Shown here one piece after another: positions 63,301 to 64,000 of a stretch of DNA of 64,000 nt; positions within the stretch are counted from its first letter, which is position 1, and every line of letters starts with the position of its first letter. The DNA lies in the NCBI RefSeq assembly GCF_046119375.1, contig NW_027365894.1:1-64000 (forward strand), written 5' to 3'. The stretch is from Phyllobates terribilis (Eukaryota). The position numbers and the translations under genes were made by a program. The notes under the pieces were generated by a model that saw only the letters and a program-made list of their open reading frames with translations, did not search any database and was not told the DNA's origin.

Positions 63301-64000
63301 GACCCTTTACGCTTCTTAGAGATCAAATGACAAACAAATCAACTTCCGCTCTCGCGCTCCGCATAATCTATTCAATCATCGATCAACTACGATAGTTAAA
63401 ATTCCACTAGAGAAATTAGATCACTCTCATTCAAATAATTCTCAAGTTCTCCCTAGGGATCTAACATGAATTGACAAATGTAAACTCAAATAATCAATCC
63501 CTAAAATCAAAATCTCCTCTCGGACTCAAATGATAGTAGGATTTCCTATTACAATAGTATTAGGGCAATAAGCATCCTAGGAGAGAATCAAACTTCATTC
63601 AAATGATCAATCAACCAAAACTCATCATAAAAGCTCATCTACTCCATCATAGGGTTCACCCAACCATGGAAATTGAAACTTAGCTAGACATGGAGAAGGA
63701 AGAAATCAAATTCATTGTAATAAACAACATACCATTCAACTTCAATCCAATCCGAGTTATCCAATCCACAAGCTTTCTCTTAGGGTTTTTAGATCTCCCT
63801 AAGTTTTCTAATCCCCAAAAAGGTCTACCCAAGAGTCTCCAAGTAATTTTCTATTTATACCTAGGTTAGAAGAGGAAGAATCGTCGTGACGCGGCCCGTA
63901 ACTCGGCCGAGTCTCAGGCCGAGTTACATGGAAATTCAGCATTTCGGAACATGTTTTACAACCCACAACTCGGTCCACAACTCGGCCTGAGTCAGGGGCC
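57397..64000 (-). mobile_element. Athila (Ty3/gypsy) non-autonomous element retaining gag and protease only; 5' LTR runs off the window
   Basis: 3' LTR 57397-58808 and 5' LTR from 62933; about 22 substitutions and 2 single-base indels over the shared 1067 bp (manual count). PBS TGGCGCCGTTGTCGGGGAC after a short spacer (~62908-62926). PPT TTGGGGGAATT at 58809. Internal region only ~4.1 kb. Confidence 0.93.
60181..62805 (-). pseudogene. Athila gag-protease, frameshifted, fused to a 3' remnant
   Basis: NFELKPSLINMVQQNQFGG, AFSFSLRGRAKAWF, WERFKELL, CQFCGGGDH; protease ALCDLGASVSII; GQPFLATAGALIDV. Homology stops at PKVKLKTLPSNL, just before RT. Confidence 0.9.

Overview
Plant (eudicot-like) nuclear DNA: three intact host genes embedded in nested transposable elements. 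The genes, all on the + strand, are starch synthase II (8 exons, 25043-28173), plastidic chorismate mutase (6 exons, 44614-46962) and a GPI-type early-nodulin-like phytocyanin (2 exons, 50298-52458). Elements from left to right: the 3' part of a Sirevirus (Ty1/copia) with env-like ORF and 3' LTR, abutting a second decayed minus-strand Sirevirus truncated in RT; a degenerate gypsy-like remnant with a 30-bp coding repeat; a ~1.8-kb foldback element; a hAT MITE; a complete young Bianca copia (17717-24331, TSD CTCAG); a complete Tat/Retand gypsy (29096-44242, TSD AATAG) carrying an antisense gene and a ~5-kb L1 LINE in its 5' LTR; a non-autonomous CACTA; hAT and Stowaway MITEs; a SINE; and an Athila lacking RT/RH/IN. 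The most interesting signals are inside retroelements. (i) The Bianca gag and pol each start at an ATG right after a splice acceptor, with one strong donor just after the PBS, suggesting separately spliced pol mRNA. (ii) Its PBS matches the anticodon arm of tRNA-Ile with C opposite the inosine wobble position. (iii) The Retand antisense ORF resolves into a 4-exon gene with three frame-preserving introns and its own TATA box. All alignments and counts were done by eye. No database search was run, and lineage names rest on recalled motifs.
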